From assembly GCF_006345805.1 (NCBI RefSeq), contig NC_042998.1, positions 55,676,001 through 55,740,000 on the forward strand: a stretch of 64,000 nt of DNA, read 5' to 3'. The number at the start of each line of letters is the position of its first letter. The stretch's first letter is position 1. Positions 53,779 through 64,000 of this stretch are shown piece by piece. A program made the translations under genes and the position numbers. The DNA comes from Octopus sinensis. Its lineage: Eukaryota. The notes under the pieces were generated by a model. The model was not told the DNA's origin. It was given only the letters and a program-made list of their open reading frames with translations, and searched no databases.

Positions 53779-54904
53779 AGTGAAACCAAGTAGCAACACC
53801 AAATGGCGGTGCCCCAGCATGGCCACAGCTCATAAGCTGAAACTAGAATCAATCAATCAATCAATCATATTAGACTATGATTTTAATAGATTAGATTTTG
53901 ATTCAAGGTTAACTGTTACAAGCATAGACATTAACAGAATAATATTATAGATGTGTGTGTGTGTGCTTGTGTTTGTGTGTGTTGGTATGCCTATACGTAT
54001 GTGTGTCTAACACCTATATTTCCTACAAGAAAAGAGAAAATCAAATGATTTTAACTGTTTTCTGATGTATCAGAAAGCTAACAGATGTTAAAGAGTTATT
54101 GAATGACGCCTATGTAAATCTCTCAGCTAATCATTTTAAATATATTTCTTGACACAATGTCATACTTTAATTTATGATTTATATGACACAGTATTGGCTT
54201 CCATAAAAATTGAAAAATTATATTTATTATTTTTTCACTTCAGAGCAAGACTTTAAAACAAGTAATTTAGTCCTCATATCCAAGTCTAAATTGATATAAT
54301 TACATCATTAATATATGAAACTATTTTTTTATATTCAGTAAAACGTACAGCTGTTGTTTTTTTTTTTTTCTCTCTCTATAGAATTATATAGAATTATATA
54401 GAATATATAAATAAAAGCCAAAGAAATATATACATACACTCTATGATGTACAGAAAAGAAGACAATAAACCTACTTGTAAAAATTTATGTTTTCCCATCC
54501 ATTCGTATTTACAAACTGCAAGATTGCTTTCAAAAGGTTTTTATACGAGGTAATGTCATCAACAGAATGACTGGTTATTCAATTTTATTTTTAAGAAAAG
54601 CATTGTGAAAAATAATGATAATAATATATGCATTGTATATATAGAATGTGTGTAACTGACGTTATATTCTCAAAAATATTTCCATTCAATATGCAAAACA
54701 CCAAAAGAGGTTAATTTTTCTCTGGATAACGATTTACCTATTAGCACTCACTCGTTCATTTTGTCCAGTCATTTATATTTTCTCCTTTTCCGTCCTCATT
54801 CCCGTCTTATTACTAAACAAAAGAAACTTACGACCTAATTTTAATTAAGATTAAAAGAAAATAATGCTACAGATTCTGAAGGGGAGCGTATATTCAATAC
54901 TTGA

Positions 54905-55110
54905 AACATAGAGGGGACAAACAAGGACAGACAAACGGATTAAGTCGATTATATCGACCCCAGTGCGTATCTGGTACTTATTTAATCGACCCCGAAAGGA
55001 TGAAAGGCAAAGTCGACCTCGGCGGAATTTGAACTCAGAACGTAACGGCAGACGAAATATCGCCAAGCATTTCGCCCGGCGCGCTAACGTTTCTGCCAGC
55101 TTGCCGCCTT
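54905..55110 (-). mobile_element. SINE family B
   Basis: Full reverse-complement copy ending ctgccagcttgccgcc. Confidence 0.9.
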
Positions 55111-55233
55111 TTTACTTCACAAGAAAACTGCATTTATAAATAATATGATGAATGAACAAAAACAAGAAAAAACAGCGAGAGGAACAAGTGTAAACAAAGA
55201 TATTATTAGCGTAACGCTTAAGCAGCAAAAGGG

Positions 55234-55273
55234 TCTCCTTACGTTTTGGACGCTAGCCGTTCATCAGAAAAAG
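55234..55273 (-). ncRNA. degenerate hammerhead-like motif
   Basis: Minus strand: tttt-CTGATGA-acggc-tagc-gtcc-AAAA-CGT-A-agga; GAAA is mutated to AAAA. Confidence 0.35.
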
Positions 55274-55702
55274 AAAGAAAGAAAGAAAGGGGACAGAAAA
55301 AGATGAAAATAAATGAATAGTTAATTAATTTTTATAATTGTTTGAGGTGGGGCAGGAAAGGGATTCTGTGGGGAGGAATTAGGAAAAGAGGAAGAGGTGG
55401 GGTTTGTATGCATATATAGGAAGTATCTGTGCCGGGAGATGGGCAAGAAGGAGATGTGGGAGCAGTGTAATGTGCGAGTGGCTGCTAGGAGTGTGTGAGG
55501 TATGTAGCTCTGGAATAGGAGGAGTAGAAAGTAAATAGGTGTGAATTTGATAAAAAGGTGAGAGAAAGACGTGTGGAAAAGAAAAGGAAGGGTAGGAAGA
55601 AAACAGTATAGTGAATGGGAAAAACATAATAATACAAATAAATCCAATGTTGGAAGAGATAGTACAAAGTCGATAAATAGTGTGAAAATTGTAATAAAAG
55701 TG

Positions 55703-56105
55703 AAGAGGCGAACTGGCAGAAACGTTAGCAGTATTTCGTCTGCCGCTAGGTTCTGAACTAAAATTCTGCCGAGGTCGACTTTGCCTTTCATCATTTCGGG
55801 GTCGATTAAATAAGTACCAGTTACGCACTGGGGCCGATATAATCGACTTAATCCGTTTGTCTGTCCTTGTTTGTCCTCTCTGTGTTTAGCCCCTTGTGGG
55901 TAGTAAAGAAATAGGTATTTCGTCTGCCGTTACATTCTGAGTTCAAATTCCGCCGAGATCGACTTTGCCTTTCATCCTTTCGGGGTCGATTAAATAAGTA
56001 CCAGTTACGCACTGGGGTCGATATAATCAACTTAATCCGTTTGTCTGTCCTTGTTTGTCCCCTCTGTGTGTAGCCCCTTGTGGGCAGTAAAGAAATAGGT
56101 ATTTA
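55703..56105 (+). mobile_element. head-to-tail SINE family B dimer
   Basis: The second unit starts at gtatttcgtctgccg immediately after the first tail aaagaaatag. Confidence 0.9.
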
Positions 56106-56729
56106 GTCTGTTTCAAAAAAAAAAAAGTGAAGAGGTTGTGAATCAAATCCGAAGAAAATGCATTGAAGCGTAAAAGAACACGAAAAATTGAAAGGATAGT
56201 TTTAGAAAAGAGGAGTTTTATAAAAAAAGAAAAAAGAATGTTTAAAAAGTGACTGCATAAAATGTGTTTAGAATAAAGTTTATGCAAAGGGAGAGAAGTC
56301 CGGTGGGTAAGGTCAAATTTAGAATCCAATGTTGGCAGAGAGAGGCAAAAGTGGTTTAAAGATGTTCAGTGAACAATGATTGAAAAATACTGTTGACTGT
56401 TGCTGGATGAAAAAACAGAGTGATGTTCTAATGACAGTGGGATCATATTTTAAGAGGTAACGTTATAACAAAAACAATTTTGCTACATCAGCCTATCAGG
56501 TTGTGTAAATCAGCACTACGGGATCTAAAGTCCACCACAGTTATCAGGGTAAGTGGAATGTAATTGGTTAATTCCCCACTCTTCTTTTTAGAAACTTTCT
56601 AGAAGAATTCTTTTGTTGTTTGTATATGAGAAGCAAAATAAAGCTGAGTAAAGACGAGTTTGGTAGACTGTGAATAAAGAAACTACTTGGAAATTATAGA
56701 AAAGACGAGTCATTGTGCTTATTCCGCTA

Positions 56730-56910
56730 CACCACTTAACAACCGGTGTTGTGTTTTTTATGTACCCCTTAAGTTATCAGATCGGCAAAAAGCGGATGAT
56801 AAAATAAGTGCCAGAATTTTAAAAGATAAGTTCTAGGGTCGATTTGTTTGACTAAACCCTTCGAGGAAGTGTCCTAGCATGGCAACAGTTCAATGAGTAA
56901 AACAAGCAGA
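56730..56910 (+). mobile_element. SINE family A 3' half, old
   Basis: acaaccggtgttg..tcggcaaaa..gggtcgatttgtttgactaaaccc..agcatggcaacag. Confidence 0.7.
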
Positions 56911-57467
56911 ACATAAATATTGAATATGAAGTCACAAACTATTGGTTCCGTTATTCATATTCTATACACCATTATTGTTATCACCCAACTTAATTCGCAA
57001 AACAAAACATAAAGACGAGGATAATAAAATAAGAAATAAGACTGAAGTAATGAGAACCAGAACCAAAGATAAATATAAGTTAACGGGTTGGTGGGAGGAG
57101 ATCGACATTCTAAAATGTCTGCCAATCCATAATCTTTTATATAAGAATTTAATTAAAGTATATTATAATGGCTCTAAACTTTAATTTCTACCTTCCTCGT
57201 CTCCAGTATGTAAAAGGAAAAACTGTATTTTATATTTCGCTTTTGTTGTGTCTGGGGAGATTTTTATGCCAATATTAATAATGCACGCACCGGTTCAATT
57301 CCACCCCTTTATTATTAGTCGGTTGGTTAAGTATATAGCCAACTAATAAATCGATCGTTTGTTTAGCTTGTTGGTTAAACAGTCAATCATTTTTTTGTTT
57401 TTCTTTGTTTTGGGGGTTTCTTTTTTTTTTTTTTGCTTTCTTTTTGTTGTCTTTTCTGTCAGAAAAA

Positions 57468-57870
57468 AAGCACTCCGTCCAGTGAGAGATGAATGCTTTT
57501 GAATATCTGGCACCATCATTCGCACTCAGACGGTGTTGACGAGGAAGGTTTCTGTTGATCCGATCAGCAGAACACCGTGCTCGTGAAATCAACGCGCAAG
57601 TGGTTGAGCACTCCACAGACACGCGTGCCCTTAATGTAGTTCTCAGGGAGATTCGGCATCTCACAGAATGGCCCTTTAAAATACAGGTGGCCCTTTAAAA
57701 CAAGACCGGCTCTTTAAAATATAGGTACTACTCATTTTTGGTTGCTGAGTGGACTGGAACAATGTAAAATAAAGTGTCTTGTTCAAGAACACAACGCACC
57801 GCCGGAAATCGAACTCACGACCTTACGGACGTGAGCCGATTACCACTAACCACTAAACCACGCTCCTTCA
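57468..57870 (-). mobile_element. SINE family D (different tRNA head, shares family C 3' half)
   Basis: Head gcgtggtttagtggttag..gagttcgatttcc; gttgtgttcttgaacaagacact body; tail matches family C. Confidence 0.8.
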
Positions 57871-58034
57871 CACCATTTAATATACGCAGGAAGCAAGCAT
57901 AAATTTCAAGTGTCTGATAACACAATACCTGGATGATACCGTATCCTATAATACCGAATAACCTTTCAATCTAAAAATATAACGTTCTATGTTGAACCTG
58001 AATGAATGCCTGTTAGCTTAGATATTTCTTTACT

Positions 58035-58228
58035 AACCACAAGGGGAACAAACAAGGACAGACAAACGGATTAAGTCGATTACATCGACCCCGGTGCGTA
58101 ACTAGTACTTAATTTATCGATCCCGAAAGGATGAAAGGTAAAGTCGACCTCGGCGGAATTTGAACTCAACGTAATGCCAGACGAAATACGGCTACGCATC
58201 GCGCCCGGCGTGCTAACGTTTCTGCCAA
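58035..58228 (-). mobile_element. SINE family B
   Basis: ggattaagtcgattacatcgacccc..gaaaggatgaaaggtaaagtcgacctcggcgg. Confidence 0.88.
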
Positions 58229-58537
58229 TGCCTGTTAGCGTAGAGTTAAATCTTAGGTGTAGTAAATGATATATGAATATCACAGTATCTACATGCTATT
58301 ATTTATTGCATTATATGTGCTTCGAGATCTAGTTGCAAGAAAAAATAATTCTTTCACGTTCTCTCGAAAGCTTATGAATTCTTAAGACGTCAACAATGCG
58401 TGTGTGTGTGTGTGCATGCGCGTTTATATATATGTATATATATATACATTATAAACGCATGTTATATATACATATATATATATATATACTATATATATAT
58501 ACATACATGTATATATATATGTATATATAAGTATATG

Positions 58538-58597
<60 letters not shown>

Positions 58598-58600
<3 letters not shown>

Positions 58601-58690
58601 TTAGAGACAAAACCACTATTTTGCAAAACAAACAGGAAAGACTTAATCAATACATAAAATTTTGCAAAATAGTGGTTTTGTCTCTAATAA
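58598..58690. repeat. perfect 31-bp inverted repeat with 31-nt spacer, between (TA)n arrays
   Basis: ttattagagacaaaaccactattttgcaaaa / ttttgcaaaatagtggttttgtctctaataa. Confidence 0.92.
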
Positions 58691-58768
58691 TTTATATAAT
58701 ATTTTACTATAAAATTGGATTTAATCCTAAATCTGATTTTTTCCCTGTAATTTGGATTTATTCCCTAA

Positions 58769-58819
<51 letters not shown>

Positions 58820-58822
<3 letters not shown>

Positions 58823-59470
58823 TAGATAATAGAAAGAATTGCAAAATTGTCTTCTAAAATTACGGATGCAAAAGTAAAAAAATGTGGTAGATCGAACTGT
58901 GCAACATGCCCTAACCTGCTAGAAGGATCAGAAATCTCTTTAAAGAGGGACAAAAATCAAGATCAAATCTAACTTTACTTGTGCCTCTGAAAACATAATT
59001 TATGTCATTAAATGCTCGGGCTGCCACCAAGACTACGTGGGTTCCACGGACTATCACTCAGGCGTAGATGCACACTGCATCGACAACAGATTGCATTCCC
59101 AGAATATAGAATGATACCTTTAGTGAGCACATTGAGAAATGCGCAAAGCAACTACTGCCACAATTTTTAATCTTCCCATTTTACCAATGTGCTTTCGGAT
59201 CATCAACACAAATGAGACTGAACAAGGAAACATTCTTCATTGAAAAGTACAAACCCAGACTCAACCATCCGAACATACTGACACAGAGAAATTAACAAGG
59301 GAAAGGGAAAAAAATTTTAAGCGATTATCTCCCTTACACCGGAAATCACTCACTACCTCCCCTTATTTAGAAATCTCCTGAAAATAACACAACGATAACT
59401 CCATGCAATATAAACATAACGTCACAAGAAATTGAAAAGCTACACGCGAAACCGGTAATTTCTTAAAAAT
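58820..59470 (+). mobile_element. Penelope-like GIY-YIG endonuclease fragment and 3' terminal repeat (third family)
   Basis: KKCGRSNCATCPNL..SNFTCASENIIYVIKCSGCHQDYVGST..LHRQQI..RLNKETFFIEKYKPRLN, with frameshifts; hammerhead-like motif at 59426-59463. Confidence 0.88.
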
Positions 59471-59594
59471 TTTTAAATTATGTCATTTTAAGGAAAGGAA
59501 AAAAATTTTTCCAATATTCTCCAGACATTTTGACACAAATATATATATTTTTTAACATTTAAGCCTTCTGTCGTTTTTTCACTCTTACTATTTT

Positions 59595-59663
<69 letters not shown>

Positions 59664-59688
59664 GTATGTATATGTACGTATATATATA

Positions 59689-59744
<56 letters not shown>

Positions 59745-59760
59745 ATATTATGTATATATA

Positions 59761-60107
59761 GTTGAGGCGCAATGGCCCAGTGATTAGGGCAGCGAACTAG
59801 CGGTCGTAGGATCGCTGTTTCGATTCCCAGACCGGGGAAACACAAAACTCTTGAGGCTCCGGCAGGGGGTGGTGACGAACCCTGTTGTACTCTTTCACCA
59901 CAACACTCTTCCGGTTTTTGTTGTACCTGTATTTCAAAGGGCCAGCCTTGTCACACATTTTGTGTCACGCTGAATCTCCCCAACAACTAGGTTAAGGGTA
60001 CACGTGTCTGTGGAGTACTCAGTCACTTGCACGTTAACTTCACGAGCAGGCTGTTCCGTTAATCGGATCAACTGGAACCCTCGTCGTCGTAACCGACGGA
60101 GTGCCAC
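59761..60107 (+). mobile_element. SINE family C
   Basis: gaggcgcaatggcccagtgattagggcagc..gtttcgattccc head (A and B boxes). Confidence 0.88.
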
Positions 60108-61386
60108 GCTATATATATATATATATATGCTTTTCAACATCAAGTATATCAGTATACTTAAATCTCGTAGACAAACATCAGTCTGTAATACACACACGCA
60201 CATACACACTCTCTGTTGCTCTCAATTCTCCACCCGCGTCCGAAAATTCCTCCTTTCTTTTACCATGTTCCCATACTTCTCTTGTTCCCACCTCCTGACA
60301 TTGTGTATTTCCCATTCCCTATCAAATAATGAGATTTAAACTTTAGTCAAATTGTCATTAATCACTTGACTAGTAAGGATAACTACACACACACACACAC
60401 ACGCACACGCATACAAACACAAAGAAACAAACGAACACACATGCACACATATGAGCAGTCACATAAACACACATACATACATTCAGCTTTACTTTCAATT
60501 ATTCCCTAAATTCCTTTTCCCAAAATAGTCACCCTTACCAATCCTAAAACATCCCCCACACATTCACCTGCCTCCGACCTTTGTCAGTTGTCCTTCCTCT
60601 ATAAGCTCTGAGATTTAAAATCTAATTTAAGATTGCCTTTTATTCGTTCTGTTCAGAAAAATTATTTAGTTCCTATCTAAATTCCTGAAATTTACATCTC
60701 TGGTCGTGCTATGACGAGGCGCTACGAGTTCAAGATAAATTCAATAGGTACGAGGGAGTCGCCAATCAGGACTGCCTAAGAAGCACGCAATTGCAACGAA
60801 ACCGTCTTGCATGTACTTGAGCATCGCTGGCATGCAGAGGTATGCCGGACAGTCGTTGTGTCGTGTGGGACGGATCTGAATATCGGTCGAATCCATCATG
60901 AATATCGCCCCACATTTTATACGACTGGCCAAACAGTGTTCCCTGTCTGGTGGCTATGGATAAATACGTTGTGTGGTGCAAAAGGATGAAAAGATTGAGG
61001 GTAGTTATTTTAAATTTGGTCAAGCATATATCTACTTATTTAAGACCCACTTGAAATGTAAAGTTGGGGTCGAGAGGGAAGTACTCTTCCCCAGTGAATT
61101 TATCAAAACGTTGATGACTGTAGCAAAAATGGTCAGGGCGACTGAAATTATTCAAAGCCTTCTGTAGTTTGGAAAATAAAAGTTGACCCAAGGCTGCTGT
61201 TATTAGCATCCATTTGGTGACCATGGTGACCTTAGATCCATGGAGTTCCGTGACTGACCCTAGCCTTCTCATGTCGGCAGGAATACTTCATACATGTATT
61301 TATATATTATATGCATATATGTATATATATGTATATATATGTATATATAATATCATATTATATTATATTACATTATATTATATTAC

Positions 61387-61422
<36 letters not shown>

Positions 61423-61573
61423 TTGGTGAAATAGAAAGATGAATAATCTTGTTGCAGATTAATCAAAAGTTTAACCGATACCTTGGTAGCAAAAATCACA
61501 GCAGAAGAAAGCACAGTTGGAGGTACAACCATATGGTGTTGCAACCGTGCGTTGGTGCAGATAATTGAATTTT

Positions 61574-61811
61574 AATATTATAAGTGAATTGAAGAAATGG
61601 AGTTGAACGAAAATTGAACAGAAAACCTTTTATTGCATTCTACACGTGTTTCGAAAGCCACAATTTACCAAATTCCGATTGAATAAGGAGACACAATATG
61701 GTCTCCTTATTCAATCGGAATTGGTAAATTGTGGCTTTCGAAACACGTGTAGAATGCAATAAAAGGATTTCTGTTCAATCTTCGTTCAACTCCATTTCTT
61801 CAATTCACTAA

Positions 61812-61819
<8 letters not shown>
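61574..61819. repeat. fold-back palindrome, ~120-bp arms, 8-nt loop
   Basis: Arms 61574-61692 and 61701-61819 are near-perfect complements; loop acaatatg. Confidence 0.95.
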
Positions 61820-61843
<24 letters not shown>

Positions 61844-61845
<2 letters not shown>

Positions 61846-62690
61846 GGATGCAGTGAATATATTGCCGTCTAAATTACGCAAAAATGAAAATAACACTGAC
61901 ATCTCATTTTAATACATATACATATATCAAAATTACATAAAAATATCTTGATTTATTCACTTTATTCAATAAAATCTACATTTGCTTCAACCACGGCCTA
62001 CAGACGACTTCGCAATCTCCTGCAACTCTTCTGGACTGTCATAATCCTTGCATTCAGTTCATCTTTGGTGTTACAAGGAGTTTTGTTAGTCTCTCGTTTA
62101 ATTGCGCCCCACACATAATTATCAAGGGGGTTGCAGTCTGGGGAGTTAGTTGGCCAGCTGTTAGGGGTGATGTGGTCGCAGAAATTGTGACAGCCATGAC
62201 TGGGTTCTTCTGCTTGTGTGACATGGTGCGGAGTCCTGTTGCCAGACATAGGGTCTTCCAGCAACCACCCTCTTGACCCAGGACAGCACTACCTCCTCAG
62301 GCACTTGATGTAGGCCTCCGCGTTGATTCTGAGGCCGTGTGGGAAGATTAATGGAGGCATAACATCTTAATCACGTATGATCACTCCAAACACTATGATG
62401 TTGACTGGATGCTTGATTTTTATCATTCTCGGTATATGTCCTCAGATTGTACAGTCCTCAGATTGATGTCCAAGCACTCTCAATTGTTCGTATTGGAGCT
62501 TACGGTGCGAATGCCAAGCAGTACAGCATGTCGTTTCCAAATTTCCGTCAGAGTGAACTGCGTCATAGAACTGCTTTTCTCAAGACCAACTGACCCTACC
62601 ATACTGTGTAGTGGACAAAATCAAAAACAAAAAATATGTATGCACGAAATTAAAAATATAAAATGGCAGCAATTTGCCCATCGCACCCTG
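61844..62690 (-). mobile_element. internally deleted maT (DD37D) Tc1/mariner element
   Basis: [49 protein letters not shown] gives 37 residues between the last two D once a 2-nt loss is allowed; degenerate TIRs taggatgcagtg..attgc / gcaatttgcccatcgcaccctgta; TA flanks. Confidence 0.85.
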
Positions 62691-62756
62691 TATATATATA
62701 TATTTATTTATTTATTTATATATGTATATATGTATGTACATACATATATATATGTA

Positions 62757-62825
<69 letters not shown>

Positions 62826-62855
62826 TGTGTGTGTGTGTGTGTATGTATATATATG

Positions 62856-62927
<72 letters not shown>

Positions 62928-63676
62928 ATAAACAAGCACACACACACATATATTGTACAGGTAGATGGCCAGATGTTAGGGGTGATGTGGTCGCAGAAAT
63001 CTTTCTCCTTGTACTACAATAGATTTCTGCGTTTCAAAAACTAACCTATGCTTGTTTACATATATATGCGGGGAGAGGAGAGGTATAAGCTTATAATCGT
63101 ATGTATATATAAATATATATTTGGATATATATAAGTATATATACGTATATATAATATTATGTGTATACTTTTTCCCTCATTCACCCTACCAAACCTTGTG
63201 TCCCCTCACCCGATTTTCCGTAAACCCCTTACTCATTAATTGTAACCTGTCTTTCAAAATCCCCTTCATTTAATGCCCTTACGAAATCATGATTATTTCC
63301 TGATTTCAATTATACACACACAAAGTCGTGCACATAAGCACACACACATTTACCCCCACTGGATTTCTAGTATTATTTATTCATCCTTTATTAACTCTGA
63401 AACTTGGGCTCCGATTTCTGATTCTACCGCACGTCGCCTCTAATAAAGATAATTAGATTTAATTTCAATTCTTCGCTAATTTCGATTGCACCAAATTTGT
63501 CGCCCCTACCAATACTACTGCATCACTCACAGATTCAAACGTGCGCGTACGCATTCATTCATGCACGCTTTCACCCCTCCGGTATTTGTCTATTGCCCAT
63601 TGTGTATCAGATCTGAGTGTAAATTTACCAACTAACTGTAAAAAATATACACACACATACACACAGATATATATAT

Positions 63677-64000
63677 ATAGGAGTGGCTGTGTTGTAAGTA
63701 GCTTGCTTACGAACCACATGGTTCCGGGTGCATTCCCACTGCGTGGCATCTTGGGCAAGTGTCTTCTGCTATAGCCCCGGACCGACCAATGCCTTGTGAG
63801 TGGATTTGGTAGGCGGAAACTGAAAGAAGCCTGTCGTATATATGTGTATATATGTATATATGTGTGTGTGTCTGTGTATTTGTGTGTGTGTGTTTGTCCC
63901 CCCCCTAACATTGCTTGACAACCGATGCTGGTGTGTTTTCGACCCCGTCACTTAGCGGTTCGGCAAAAGAGACCGATAGAATAAGTACTGGGCTTACAAA
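63677..64000 (+). mobile_element. SINE family A, cut by the window end
   Basis: ggagtggctgtgttgtaagtagcttgcttacgaaccacatgg..gaccgatagaataagtac. Confidence 0.9.

Larger units (their letters stand above)
50447..53867 (+). mobile_element. CR1/L2-group LINE, 5'-truncated in ORF1, (AATC)n tail
   Basis: ORF1 remnant with CCCH motif; APE; RT; CR1/L2-type C-terminus (YSLERRRERY..RGPQLFNILP..FK.KLD.FL..VPDEP); short 3' UTR and (AATC)5. Confidence 0.92.

Noticed and set aside
60700-60990. GC-richer stretch with short ORFs on both strands
   Set aside because: No recognisable domain; a DSTDIQIRP resemblance to Harbinger transposase is too short to support.

Overview
Eukaryotic, AT-rich, extremely repeat-dense DNA. 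The microsatellite load ((TA)n, (CA)n, (TATG)n, (GATA)n) and the SINE families look like an octopus/coleoid cephalopod genome; this is recognition from memory, not verified. No host gene can be identified with confidence, only a few candidate isolated exons on the minus strand. Most ORFs in the track are microsatellite artefacts. The real coding content is transposon-derived: (1) an apparently full-length ~6.2 kb Tx1-type L1-clade retrotransposon (9889-16092, minus) sitting inside a (GATA)n array; (2) a 5'-truncated CR1/L2-group LINE (50447-53867, plus) whose 3' end matches the 3' end of the most abundant SINE, with a compensatory-change stem-loop; (3) a decayed R4/Dong-type RLE retrotransposon; (4) an RTE fragment and a second Tx1 fragment; (5) three Penelope-like fragments, one with a twin-priming-type 5' inversion, plus degenerate hammerhead-like motifs; (6) mariner, maT (DD37D), Helitron and Merlin-like remnants/MITEs; (7) about 30 tRNA-derived SINE copies of four families (A-D, my labels); (8) several fold-back palindromes. 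The frameshifts I traced in the two best-preserved LINEs are mostly 1-nt homopolymer indels, so they may be assembly errors in intact elements. Boundaries of decayed repeats are approximate (about +/-20 bp).
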